DNA of 64,000 nucleotides from Podarcis vaucheri (taxonomy: Eukaryota): NCBI GenBank assembly GCA_965113315.1, contig OZ220368.1. One strand, written 5' to 3'. How positions within the stretch are numbered: the first letter of the stretch is position 1; every line of letters starts with the position of its first letter. Below are positions 22,201 to 34,200 of the stretch, piece after piece. The notes under the pieces were generated by a model. It worked only from the letters and a program-made list of their open reading frames with translations. It did not search any database and was not told the origin of the DNA. The position numbers and the translations under genes were made by a program.

Positions 22201-25200
22201 TAAGTAAATTTGAAGATTTTCTTTAACTCATTGTACACCATCTTTCTGATCCAAGTCACCTTGTGTGTAATTCCGCTCCCGAGACAAGATTTCATTTCTC
22301 TCTTCCAAGATCTGTACCAGTGCAGCCTGCAGCTTGTGAGGCAGGATTTCATCTTCATCTGAAACCTTTAAAATAAAAGGGGAGGAAGCAGAATGGTGGT
22401 AGTTAACATGTATTCCAAAACAGGACCATGTGATGTCACTAAAATGTTTCATGAAGTAATTATGTCACCTACCACATGAAATTATTTTAACATATAAACT
22501 GTATGAATGTTAAGGATGCAGGATAGAAAACAACATGGCATCAGCAACTTAGTTGAAAGAAATATGAGAATGTGTGATGTTTCAGAAAAAGATGAAATCT
22601 GGAATAACATTATGTCTAAATTAAGTATTTAAGTGTTTGATAAAAATATCTAAAGTTGGAGACATAATATTTGAAAACTACAAAATAAGAATTGAAATAA
22701 GGTGATAAATTGCTGCTTATAATTTTATAATTGGGAATGCAGGAAAGGGAGATGTGAGGAAGTCCAAAAGGTTATGGAAATATGATTTATAGACAGTTGA
22801 TTTTGTTGTATCTTTTTTATCTCTATGTTTATCTTTTTGTTTCTTTCTGTTTCTCTTCGCTTGTTGTATCTTGGTGATGGTATTTTATATGTTTGGTGAT
22901 TTCATTGTCTAAAATTCTTAATAAATATATTTTTTAAAAAAATAATGAAATTATTTCAACATGCATGAGGGCACACCTCATGGCTATACACAATTAAAGT
23001 ATGGAACCAATTAAAATTTATGTTTAAAGCAGATGGGGTGGTTTCCAATGTTCATCACACACAGAGCGAGCAGACCCACTGAAATCAATGGACTTAAGTA
23101 AGTGAAATCCATTTATTTCAGGGGATCTACTCTTAATTGTACACCACTCATTATCAAAAATATTTTTAAAAAGCATTGCAGATTTTGATACAACCACTAC
23201 AGATTTCTAGCCCCTAGAAGAAGAATTTAAAAACTAAACAAAAATCCAATATATATGATAAGGTCACATCTTAAGACAGATGCTTTGAATAACCAACTCC
23301 CATGCACCGGCTACAATGCAGAACAGACCAGTGGAGCGAAAAAAGGAGGACTGCTTGGTGTGAAGAAGTTATTCTTCCTCTATTGTTATATTAGAAACTG
23401 AGGTGGAAGATTCAAGAAAAGGAAAAAGGGCATGCCTCTTCACACATCACATGAACTACAGCCTGCAATTTGCTACCATAAGATGTGGCAATGGCCACTA
23501 CCATGAACAGAGGATCAGATAAACAGACAGACGATAAGAGAAACTGATGTACTCCTGAGGACATTTATAGCTTTCTATAATTGAAACCGAAACAAATCTT
23601 AGCTAATTGCTTCTATTGAACCCTTTGGCCTATTTAACCCTTGGCCTGAACTCCTTAATTCTTTGTCCTCAGTTGGATCAAAATCTAGATACAGCTCCCT
23701 GCTTCTGCTCTCATGCAAGCCACCCTTCCTTCCCTCTCTGCCTGCCTCCTCGCCACCCACCTTGGCCACTGCTGAAGTTTAAAACTGTAAATTCCTCTGG
23801 GCAGAGACCTGTCTTTTGCCATGGACAGAGATACCATTACACAAACAACAACGGCCTGAGATTAGCAATGCCTTTCAAACATTCTAATATACTGTAGTAC
23901 CAGATATTGGGCAAATGCAATGACCCAATTACTCCTGAGTACTCCTTAACCAGGAGTTGTGCATTAGAACTATAAAGCCTAATGACATTTCATTTTGCTT
24001 GGTGGACAGTTTGCACTGAACCGTTTGTCATTCTCCCCTGCTTTGCCTTGGGGAGCACCTTCGGGCAACAGGGGAAAAGGGAAGCCAGCAGAGAATGACA
24101 ACACTAGATATTATTTTAAGAACAGCTGACTACAGGAAACTCTCGACTGTCTAGACTCTAGACAATGAGGAGAAGAACTCTTGTGGAGAGGAAACACAGA
24201 AAATAGAAACAGCAAGATGCTAGAGAGACAATAGCTTTCTAAAGACCAAAATACAAGTCACATTACAAGTATACAGTGGTACCTTGATTTGCAACTGCTT
24301 TGGACTACAACCATTTTGGATTACAACCACCCACATCAAACCCGGAAGTGCATGTCCCTTTTATTTTTTTTGGATTACAACCAATTTGGGGGGGGGGAGA
24401 CCCCATTGGCAAAAGCACGCCTTGGGTTACAACCTGTTTTGGTTTACAACCAGACCTCCAGAATGGATTATGGTTGTAAACCAAGGTACCACTGTAGTTT
24501 GTCCTTGTGCATTTCAGAACAGCAATCATGGGGCAGGCAGCAATGATCAGAACCAGGACTGAAGAAAGTGGGGGAAGGGACTTAAACCTTTAGCACCCAT
24601 CCCCTAAAAGCTATTTGTGTGAGAAGCAAAGCTGCCATTGGTCCCAGCAGAAGCTTCTCTCTAATGCAAATAGTGACTCAAGGGGGGCGGATTTTCAGCA
24701 GAACTATGGCATGGGAAGAAAAGGTTTAAAAAATCTCCACCCCTGCAATTCCCAGCATTTCCAGATAGGGCTGGGAAAGACCTCTGCCTTAAACCTGATC
24801 TAGACAGGCAATCATCTGACTTGATATAAAGCAGCTTCCTATTTTCCAACAATAACCATAGTTTACGGATTGGACAACACAGTAAACCGAGGTTAATTTA
24901 AAGCAGAAGCTTCCAGTCTCATTGCAGCCATGGTGGGGGTGGGGGATTGATGGAGAGCACAGAAGTCCAAGGGGAGCTAGGCTCATTCCTATCATGCCAA
25001 ACCACGATGACCATGGGCTCAAGCAGTAGGGACCCCCATTGAACTTAAGACCCATATGCTCATCCTCCTTCTTCCCAAGCATGTCTAGGAAAGTGTTTAG
25101 TTTCACTTTCCACAAGCTTGTTGTTAGGTGCAAACCAAATATTGTGGTTTAAAAACACACTCTGGTTAATTAAGCAAGCCAGCTTTGTAATCTATTGTTT

Positions 25201-28200
25201 GAAGTTAAGTTTGTTTAGAAACTGACTCAAGTCTGGGGTTCATGGTGTCTCCTTCCTGCTCCTGCACATAGTTTGAAAAAATGCTATCTCATTATGTGAG
25301 AAGTGGGCCAACTGGAAATTTTGGCCACAGCCCCCTAGTAAGTTTCAGCTGTCTTAGGAAATACCACTTCCCCACAGAGAACACTTGCTGATACCTAAGC
25401 CACTCAAATGCACAGACAAAAGAAAAACTCCCTTGGGCAATCTTATCTCGCCAGAAGCCCAGCATTCTGCAATCCCTCTTCCCAGTCCTCAGACCCACAA
25501 AATGACAAGACTAACCATCCTTGATGTCCTTTTTCCTCGTCAGTGTAGACAGTTTTGGGCAGAGTTAATCAGGTAAATGGCAAATGGGAACAGATTAAAC
25601 CCCTACTTCCCCCAGCTCTGCAGTCTCAATCCAATTTGTTCCCTGTTCATTTTAAGCTTAAACAAAGAGTCAGCATATCTGAACATGGATCTCCAATGTG
25701 CAGTTTGGTCCTTAGCTTCTTTTGTGTATTTATCCCCACTCCACTGCCTGTAAGGCCCCATTCGGGGGGGGGGATTATTCTGCTTGCGTGTGAAGCAGCC
25801 AGTAGCTAAGTAATTTGACTCACCTGTTGTAAAAATGTATCTGCACACAGATCAACAATCAGTACCTAAGGAAAGATATAGATGGTTACTGCATATAATC
25901 CACAAACCCCTTGTGCAACCCACAGTCGTCCTATCCTGATTCATATGACACTGTGACAACAGGCTATTGTCTGGCTGCACGGAACAGATAACACAGATCA
26001 GATAACATAAGCACAACCCTTCTTATCAAGTGACCGTGGTGTCCATCAATCGTTGGCAATCCGGGATAGGACAAAGTTATCGCTTCATAGCTCTGACTTC
26101 AGTTCAAGCACTTTGGTGGAAGCTATTGCACATGGAGGGAGTCACATCTACAATGGCAGCACATTCCAACTGAGAAGAGAAGGAAGGGGGAGCGGCCTCT
26201 ACAAATAAAAATTCAGATCCCCAGCCCCATCAGAGTCTTTAAAAAGTTATTCTGTGTAAATGGGCTATTGAGCAAACAGTTATGCTGATACCAATGGAGA
26301 GCATTCAACTAACATGTTCCATCAGGACAAGAATTGCTCTGGAGGGTTGGGGGGATGCCTAGATCAGATTTAGGGGGTGTGGGGTGGGAGGAGGGGGACA
26401 GAACATTCTACTGCACAAGCAGAAATCCATGGGCTGATGAACATTCATGTAGCACTACACTGGATACAGTGTATCACTGATGGACTCAAGGTTCGTGCAA
26501 GCGGAAGAATTAAGCTTATTGTCTTAAATGAATAGGTCACCCCAGAACACACCACTAAAACTTTCACCCTCTCCTCACTAATATGGTGTAATAACTGGTG
26601 CGCCACCACCCCTTACATTTCCTCCTGAGGTTTTCTCAGATCTCACCTCTTCAATGGGCAGGTCCTGGAGCTGAGTTAAGGAGCAGGCGAGGATGCCAAT
26701 AAGGAAAGGGGTGGGTGAGCAGACAATGTCTATCATAGAATCTGGCAGGACAGGGATATAAGTGTGTTGCCAGGTGAACGGGTAGAGTGCTGCAACCACA
26801 GCATGACCACATTTGGACAAGGTGCTAAGTGAGAAAAATAAAACACAAAAACATTAGTCAGTATATGAAGTCCCTGACTGATGAAAAGCACCCCTAATTT
26901 AGAGAAATTAATTTAGTACAGGTAAAGGCTAAAATGTGATGTATATAATGGTCCCATGCAAGAGAAAATATGTGCTACTTTTGGAACGGTACCACTGCAA
27001 AACAGAGGTACTGTAGTTAACTGCAAGAATGAATGCTGTCCCATAATAAATACTCCCTGGTTCCAGAAAGCCAGAATCTTAGCGTGAAAGAATACAGGGT
27101 TTTCCATGGCATGAAAGTCTTCTAAGTGCAATTTGTTTTTTTATGGAGGAAAATTCACACATGCTATCTCCCACCACAATTATGAAGTTGTACAGTTCCA
27201 AGATGACTTTGCAATGCACTTTTCCTGAGGACGAAGGAGCACAGGAATATAGGAAGCTGCCTTATACCAAGTCAGACGATTGGTCCATCTAGCTAAGCAT
27301 TGCCTGCACTGACTGGCAGTGGCTCTCCAGCATTTCAGACAAGACTGGAAATGCCAGGGATTGAACCTGGGACCTTCTGCATGCAAAGCAGCTGCTCTAC
27401 CGCTGATTTACAGCACTTCCCCAGGTGGCCCTGCAATTCCAGATTTTGGTGTCAGGTTCTATGCAAGCTACACCTTATGTGCAAACTTATGTAAAGGTAG
27501 ACCAATAGTCTTTTCCCCCATAGTAATTCATGAATATCTGCTTCACGTTTCCAGAGTTTGCATTTTATGGTGGCTGAATTTGGATGATGATGATGATGAT
27601 AGTCTATATATGCATTAACGAGAAAAGTTGCAATTATTCTGTGGCATGAAAGGTTCAAAAAGGGCGGGGGGGAAACACAAGCCAGGCAGGGGACTTGTCA
27701 TTTCAGTCTCACCTCAAATTGTCAGCAACAAAGATCACCCTCCTTTCCAGCAGGAGAGAAGCGCAGACTTGGATCAAGTGAGAGACGCTGAGGCACTTAA
27801 ACAGGCATTCAAAGTCAACATGTTCCAGACGCGAGTCCAGGGGACGGCAAAGCTCAATTACCTGAGAGCAGACAATTGTAAATGAGTTATGGACAAGAAG
27901 TGAGCTAGTTTGTTGTTGTGTTCTCTCCTGAAACCCAAAATGTTGAGGTGGTACAGTGGTACCTTGGTTGTTGAACTTAATCCTTTCTGGGAGTCTGTTC
28001 AACTCTCAGAACGGTTCGAAAACCAAGGCATGGCTTCCGATTGGCTGCAGGAGCTTCCTGCACTCAATCAGAAGCCGCGGAAGCCACATCAGATGTTCAG
28101 TTTCCCAAAAACGTTCACAAACTGGAACACTCACTCCCGGGTTTGTGGTGTTTGGGAGCCAAAACTTTCAAGTACCAAGGCGTTTGACAACCAAGGTATG

Positions 28201-31200
28201 ACTGTATTCAATTAAATAATTATAGGAGCAGAAAGGCTTCCTCCACACATGCACTATGCCATCCCCAAATCTGATACAAGGGTTGGGGGAACCCCCAGAA
28301 CAGATTTAAAGGGGTGCACAAAGGGGAAGGGAAGTCCCACTGTGCAAATGGAAGTCGTTCCGCTCATGCATTTACTTAGGTGTGTGCTCATAGACTTGGC
28401 AAGCTCTGAATTGTATCCCAAAAGGACAGATAAAGGATGCCAGCAACCCAGCAACCCTCTGGAAATTGCTTTATGTCTTGCACATTCTGGGCAGTGAAGC
28501 AAGCCTTCCCCCAGGTTCCTACTGCAATCATGGTGATCATTCCTCACGCCTTTGCTAGGCAACAATGCCTTTTGCCATTACCTCATTTCCTGCTCCCGGC
28601 AGGAAACTCTTCACAGTGATGGTGCGCCCAGGAGCAGGGAATGGTGCCTCCATGACGCTGCGCATGAATGGGTGCACCAGGGCTGGGGACATCTCACGCC
28701 TCTTCTCCACTTCATCCAGTATCTGCATGAGAAGAATTTACTGTTACAAGACTGATTCTTCCTGGTGAGAAACAGCTGGATAGCTCAGCTGGTTATAGCG
28801 TAGTGCTTAGAGCACCAAGACTGCAGTTTTGATCCCCACAAGGGACAGTTCCATATCCCTGCATTGCAGGGGGTTGGACTAGATTATTCTCAGGATCCCT
28901 TCCAACTCTATGATTCTATGAAAGCAGAGAGGATTGACACTTCAGCACTTCAGCTGATGTCCTCTCGTAAGATGTGCTGTGTTACTGGCACATGATATAA
29001 AGGCACATTCATTTTCCTCCCCCAGCACAGATGTGTCCTTCATTGTAATGGCACAACCATCCAGAGAAACCAGTTTTCCAAGTTAATTCACCAGAAAAGT
29101 AAGTGAGTGAGTAAGTCACCGTGTCACCAAGTGTGGGCAGTCCCCACCCACTCAGGACACACCCCTAGGTGCATCCCCCCCAATTCCACCTTCCTCACAT
29201 TCAATTCCTCACTCCTTCACCTCCTCTAGCTCATTGTGAGCCACTTTCAAAGTTTGTTGTCAGCATTCTTCCAGACTCCTACCGCCTACGCTTCCTTCAC
29301 AATACTTTATTAAGTCACCTAATTGCGTATTTAAATGCATACACATCCCATTTGTTTTCCACGGCTGTCTCTTTCACTTTTCTAAGTGGCCACTAGTATG
29401 CCTGGAGTAATACTGATCGTGTAATGAGATCTGAGATCTTACTGTATGTTACACTGTGCATCTCAAGGCAAATGAGGTGGCGGCAGTTTTACCCTGGGGC
29501 CAAAGTAGAAGGCAATCCAGTTCAACCCCCTAATCCTATGAAAAACAATGAGAGCACATTTCCTCCTTGCTCATGAATTCACACCTAAAATCCATCAATA
29601 TGGTGCATGGAGGATGTAAATGGTACAAAGAGAAGGCCAAAAGATGCCTACAATTGAAATGCTATTAAATGTTAATGTTTGATTATACTTTCCTTCATAT
29701 GACTGATAAAATTGCAGAGAGCAGTTAACAGTTTTTCGAAGTCAAACATAAGCACTGCCTTGCTATTATGTTTAATGTATGTAGAGTTTGGTGTCAGCGT
29801 TGCTTGTGTTGTTCACTTGTGTTCCTTTACCCCTATCCATCTTCCCTCTCTCCAACCCCCCTTTCTTTTTTCTTTTTTCTTTTTTCTTTTCTTCTCCCCC
29901 TAATGCCTCAAGAAATGAAACGGATTTGTAAAAATGTTACATAAAAAAAAAAATACGAGGCACCACACTTCTGTAAAACCAGAAAATCCTGAATAACATA
30001 TATATATATATTAAAAAAAGAACTGCCTTGCTGGATGAGACCAGTGGCCCATCTTTCTCTCACGGGGGTCAACCAGATGCCTGTGAGAAGCCCACAAACG
30101 AAACATGAGCACAACAGCACTTCCCCCACCTTTGATTCCCAGGAACCGGCATTCAGAGATATACTGCCTCTGACACTGGAGGCAGAACATAGCCATCATG
30201 GTTAGTTGCCAGCCAGATGCCTTTGGGAAGTCCAAAAGGAGCTGCTGGCAAACAATCAGGATGCCTTGTGCAAATCTCACAGATCAGTTTGGCAATGCCA
30301 CAGTGATTACGTATAATGAAGGATGTGAATCAGTGTTCTGGTTTTGACCTATAAAGTCTTAAACGGCTCAGGGCTGCAGTGCCTCGAGGACTGTCTGTCC
30401 CCTTATGAACTGACCCCAGACCCTGAGATCACCATCTGTTTTTTTTTACTTTATAAAATATTTATTAAAGTTTCACAAATTATACAGACAAACACAACAA
30501 TACAAACACACACAGACAAAAAAAACAAGTATAATTTCAAACCCTTATTTTCTTATAACTTACTTCTCTGACCTCCTCATACCTCCCCTTTCTGCATTCC
30601 AATTTCAAATTTTAATTCAGCAAATCCTCACCCTTAAATTTATCTAATTTTTAACCTTTCTTTTCTTTTAACTTAATCCTTACAACTGTAATCCACTTAT
30701 TTTCTAAACCAGCATCATTCTAACATTCGCCTGAGATCACTATCTGAGACCCTTCTTTGTGCGCTTCCTCCACAAGAGGTCCAGAGGGTGGCAGCACAAG
30801 AATAGGCCTTTTCTGCAGTGGCTCCCCATTTGTGGAATGCTCTTTCCTGGGGGGTTCGCCTGGCGCCTTCGTTACATATCTTTAGGCACCAGAAAAAAAT
30901 CGTTTCCCTATAACCAAGCCCATAACATTCTATGTCCTTTAAAATGTGTCCTTTAAAATTTGTTTTGTTATGTTATGTATTTTGTGTTCTCATGTCGTAC
31001 TTTTATGTTGTGATCGTCAGATGAAGGGCAGTATACAAATTTAATAACAAGCATTCTAGGGAGTGGACAGCTGTTATATGATGAAGTCTTTTCAGAATAC
31101 GTTACAAACCACATTGAACAAATTATTGTCATTTTACCAGTCTGCAGCCAGCAAGGCAGTTTTCTCTGCAGTCTTCCTCAAAGCATTACACTTCTCTTCC

Positions 31201-34200
31201 AGTAAGAAGGGAACTGAAAGCTTGTTTCTTAAGAGCTTCTCTAAATCAAGAAACCACATCTTTTCCAGCCACAACTCTGGGGGCTGGAGAAAGCGGAGTT
31301 GGCTTTGGTTTAACCTTTACTGGTGCTGATTTTGCTTCCACCCCACTAAAGGTGCATTAAGATCCAACCCTTCCCCTCATTTCCTTCACTACAGGGTTGA
31401 GGAGCCTGTAGCCCTGTAGATGCTGCTGAACTACAACTCCCATCATCCCTGGCCTGGCCCTGCTGGCTAGAGCAGATGGAGTGCAACTAACTGCTGTAGA
31501 GCCACGGGCTCCCCACCCTGGTCAGCAGGTGCTGTGAAAAGATGTGACATCCCAACAACCAACAGCAACCCTAGAAAGGCATTTTACCACTTTCTCTATG
31601 AGGTCCAGGGCAACCCACTCACCTTAGAGAAAAGGTTGAAGCAGCCGAGGCGACTCACCATGCAGTATACCTCAGGCAGTCGTTTGCCTTTCCCTTCTGG
31701 CTAAAAAGGCGACAAGAGCAGACCTTTAGGTGCAAAGCAGTGGAACGTGCAAGAAGGCTAGACTGCTAAGGATCTCTCATGCTACTGTCACCTGAGCATC
31801 CCTGGTTTCAGCTTCTAAATAGTGCATCTTCCCTCCACCCTCCTTTTCCTTCAATATGCCAGGCTTAAGAATTATTTGAAACTGCTCAGGCATATAGCCT
31901 GCTAGCCACTGCAGTGGCACTCAAAGCCAATCCATCCACAGGACTGTGGACACGCACTCATCTTTCACCTGCAGCTGCAGAGCTTTCACGCTAGCATCCA
32001 AGACAGGGAGCTACTTACCAGGAGCTTCTTGCAATATCCGAACCAGCGGCTGCCATCCTCACCAGTCAGCACAAAGGAAAACGTTTCACTGGGAAAGAGA
32101 GAAAAAAGTAGATTGCCATGTTGACTGAGCGAGCACAGCAGGAGTTAGCCTACCCTGCAGAGGGCCCCATCTTCACAACATGAATTTCACTGCTGGGCAT
32201 AAATGACACAGCGCTTGTCCAGTTCCTAAATCTGTTTACAACAGATATTTCATCAGTGTGCAGCCTTCCAAGATCTCCACCCACCCAGAAATGACCAGAA
32301 CTGGCCGCCAAGAGATTACCTCCTTACCCCACCCTTGTTTGCAAGGGTCCCACTGGGGTAGGTAAGCAGTTCATGGTCAGAAATATCTAGGTCACTGCGA
32401 CACTGCAGTGAATTGGGGGAAGGGTGGGCAGAATGTAACAAGCAAATAAAAAGATTGCTAAAGGGTTGTAGTTTTGTTTGTGCTTTTAAACACTATTTTC
32501 AAGGTAGGGTATCTTTTAAAATAAAATTAAAAATCAAATCAATTTCTTCAACTAGCCAAAAGGACACACTTCCTAACGCATCTCAGTCTGAGAGCTGCAA
32601 AACCACATGAAAGGGGAGACATGTTGCCCTTACCAAGGGCAACCAACCCCACCCTTCAATGCTAATCACTTCTACTCCCAGGGTCACTATTCAGTCTTCA
32701 ACAAGAGATACCCTAAGAGATGGAAAACCAGTAGCAAGGGACCTCGGGCCTGCAAGACCATTTCCCATAAGTCATGCCCAACACCTGCTGTCATCATTTG
32801 TTTATGTACTTGAACAATTTGTATACCACTTAATCAGTCATCTCCAAGTGGTCAGTGTACAGGAGACCCAATGCAATAAGACTAAAAATGTGTTAAATTT
32901 GTAATATCAGAATTCAGTTTAGAAGCCTGCTGGAAATGAAAAAAAAAGGCTTCATTAAGCACTGGAAGTTCAAGAGGAAGTGACATCAGGTGTGGGGCGG
33001 GTTCCTGCCGAAAGGATGGATTATAAGGTGCCGCTGACCTACTGATCATAGGTGCCTCTAAACCCCTGTGCCTTTGCAAACTGATTTCAAACCTCCTGGG
33101 CAAAGGAAGTGGGGTGTGAAGACATCAACAATCCGCCTGCTTACCCAGAGCTTTGGCCACACTGGCAATGAAACTGTTATGCCTGATATCATGGTGACAT
33201 TGGGTAATTGACAGTTTGGTAGCCACACCGATCTGTCAAAATGCCACACAGGGGTTGGAGGAGGTCAGACCCAGGCTCAGTGGCTAGGTCCAGTTCCCCA
33301 CCGCTGCTCCCAAGTAATCCAGTTCTTAGCCTAGATTCTCACTAAATAAAAACAATCCATTTTACAGTCTCTCACCTCTTTGACTCTGATGTCGGGCACC
33401 AGTCTTTGGGGTCAGGAAAACAGAATTTGGGGATGACCTTTAGCCTCTCTTCAGTGTCCTTAGACTGCCGAAAGGGGTGGTCAGGCTGCAGAGGGAACAC
33501 GCGCCACGTCACTGAACACAGCCAGGCAAGCAAAGAGTTTCTCTCTGGGTGCAGACATGGGGAACTATCCTCCAAGCACACCAAACACCAGCCCTGCTCC
33601 CACATCAATTTTTCATCCTCTCCTCTCCTCCAAGACCTGCTTTTGACTTGAATACCTTGAAAAGGGTACCCCACTCCCCCAAATAAAAATAAGTTACAAT
33701 TTTTCAAAGGCAGAGGAACAGTTTCCAGGTATGATCAGATCAATTCTGCAGTAAGAGTATGCAGGTTACTGATTTCCTTCAGAATTCATTAACCAATTTG
33801 CAACAAATGTTTCCAAAGCACGCTCAATTAAAATATCAGAAAACAGAGTGTATAATAATAATAAAAAATAGGCATATTAATATATACATGCCTTGCTATT
33901 TCCTGATTGATTTACAGCATGGTCTTCGTTGTAAAAAACACACACCCCTGCCCACTCCAGTCTAGCTTGCTTTACTGTTGAGACTAGTAAAGGCTTTCCA
34001 GGAGCTTTGCTTCACTGCAGACTCCCATGCAAGGGAGTGACTGGCACATTGTTTGGAAACAGCACTATTTTCGGAGTTGGCGATAGCCTGTAATCACTGT
34101 GCTCATGTTATAATCATTGCCTCGTAATTACTAGGGCAATGTTTCCTGCTGGATCCCAGCCTCAAAGACCCTCCCGTGCAAATCTTGTTAACATCCTACC

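Noticed and set aside
21984-22358. 124-aa ORF as a DENND2C-L1 fusion protein
   Set aside because: It crosses exon 15 in a non-DENND2C frame; the true frame stops 10 codons into the intron
28773-28845. tRNA-like sequence as a tRNA gene (likewise ~15881, ~27350, ~53140)
   Set aside because: Degenerate A/B boxes fused to SINE bodies or a CR1 tail; no intact cloverleaf visible
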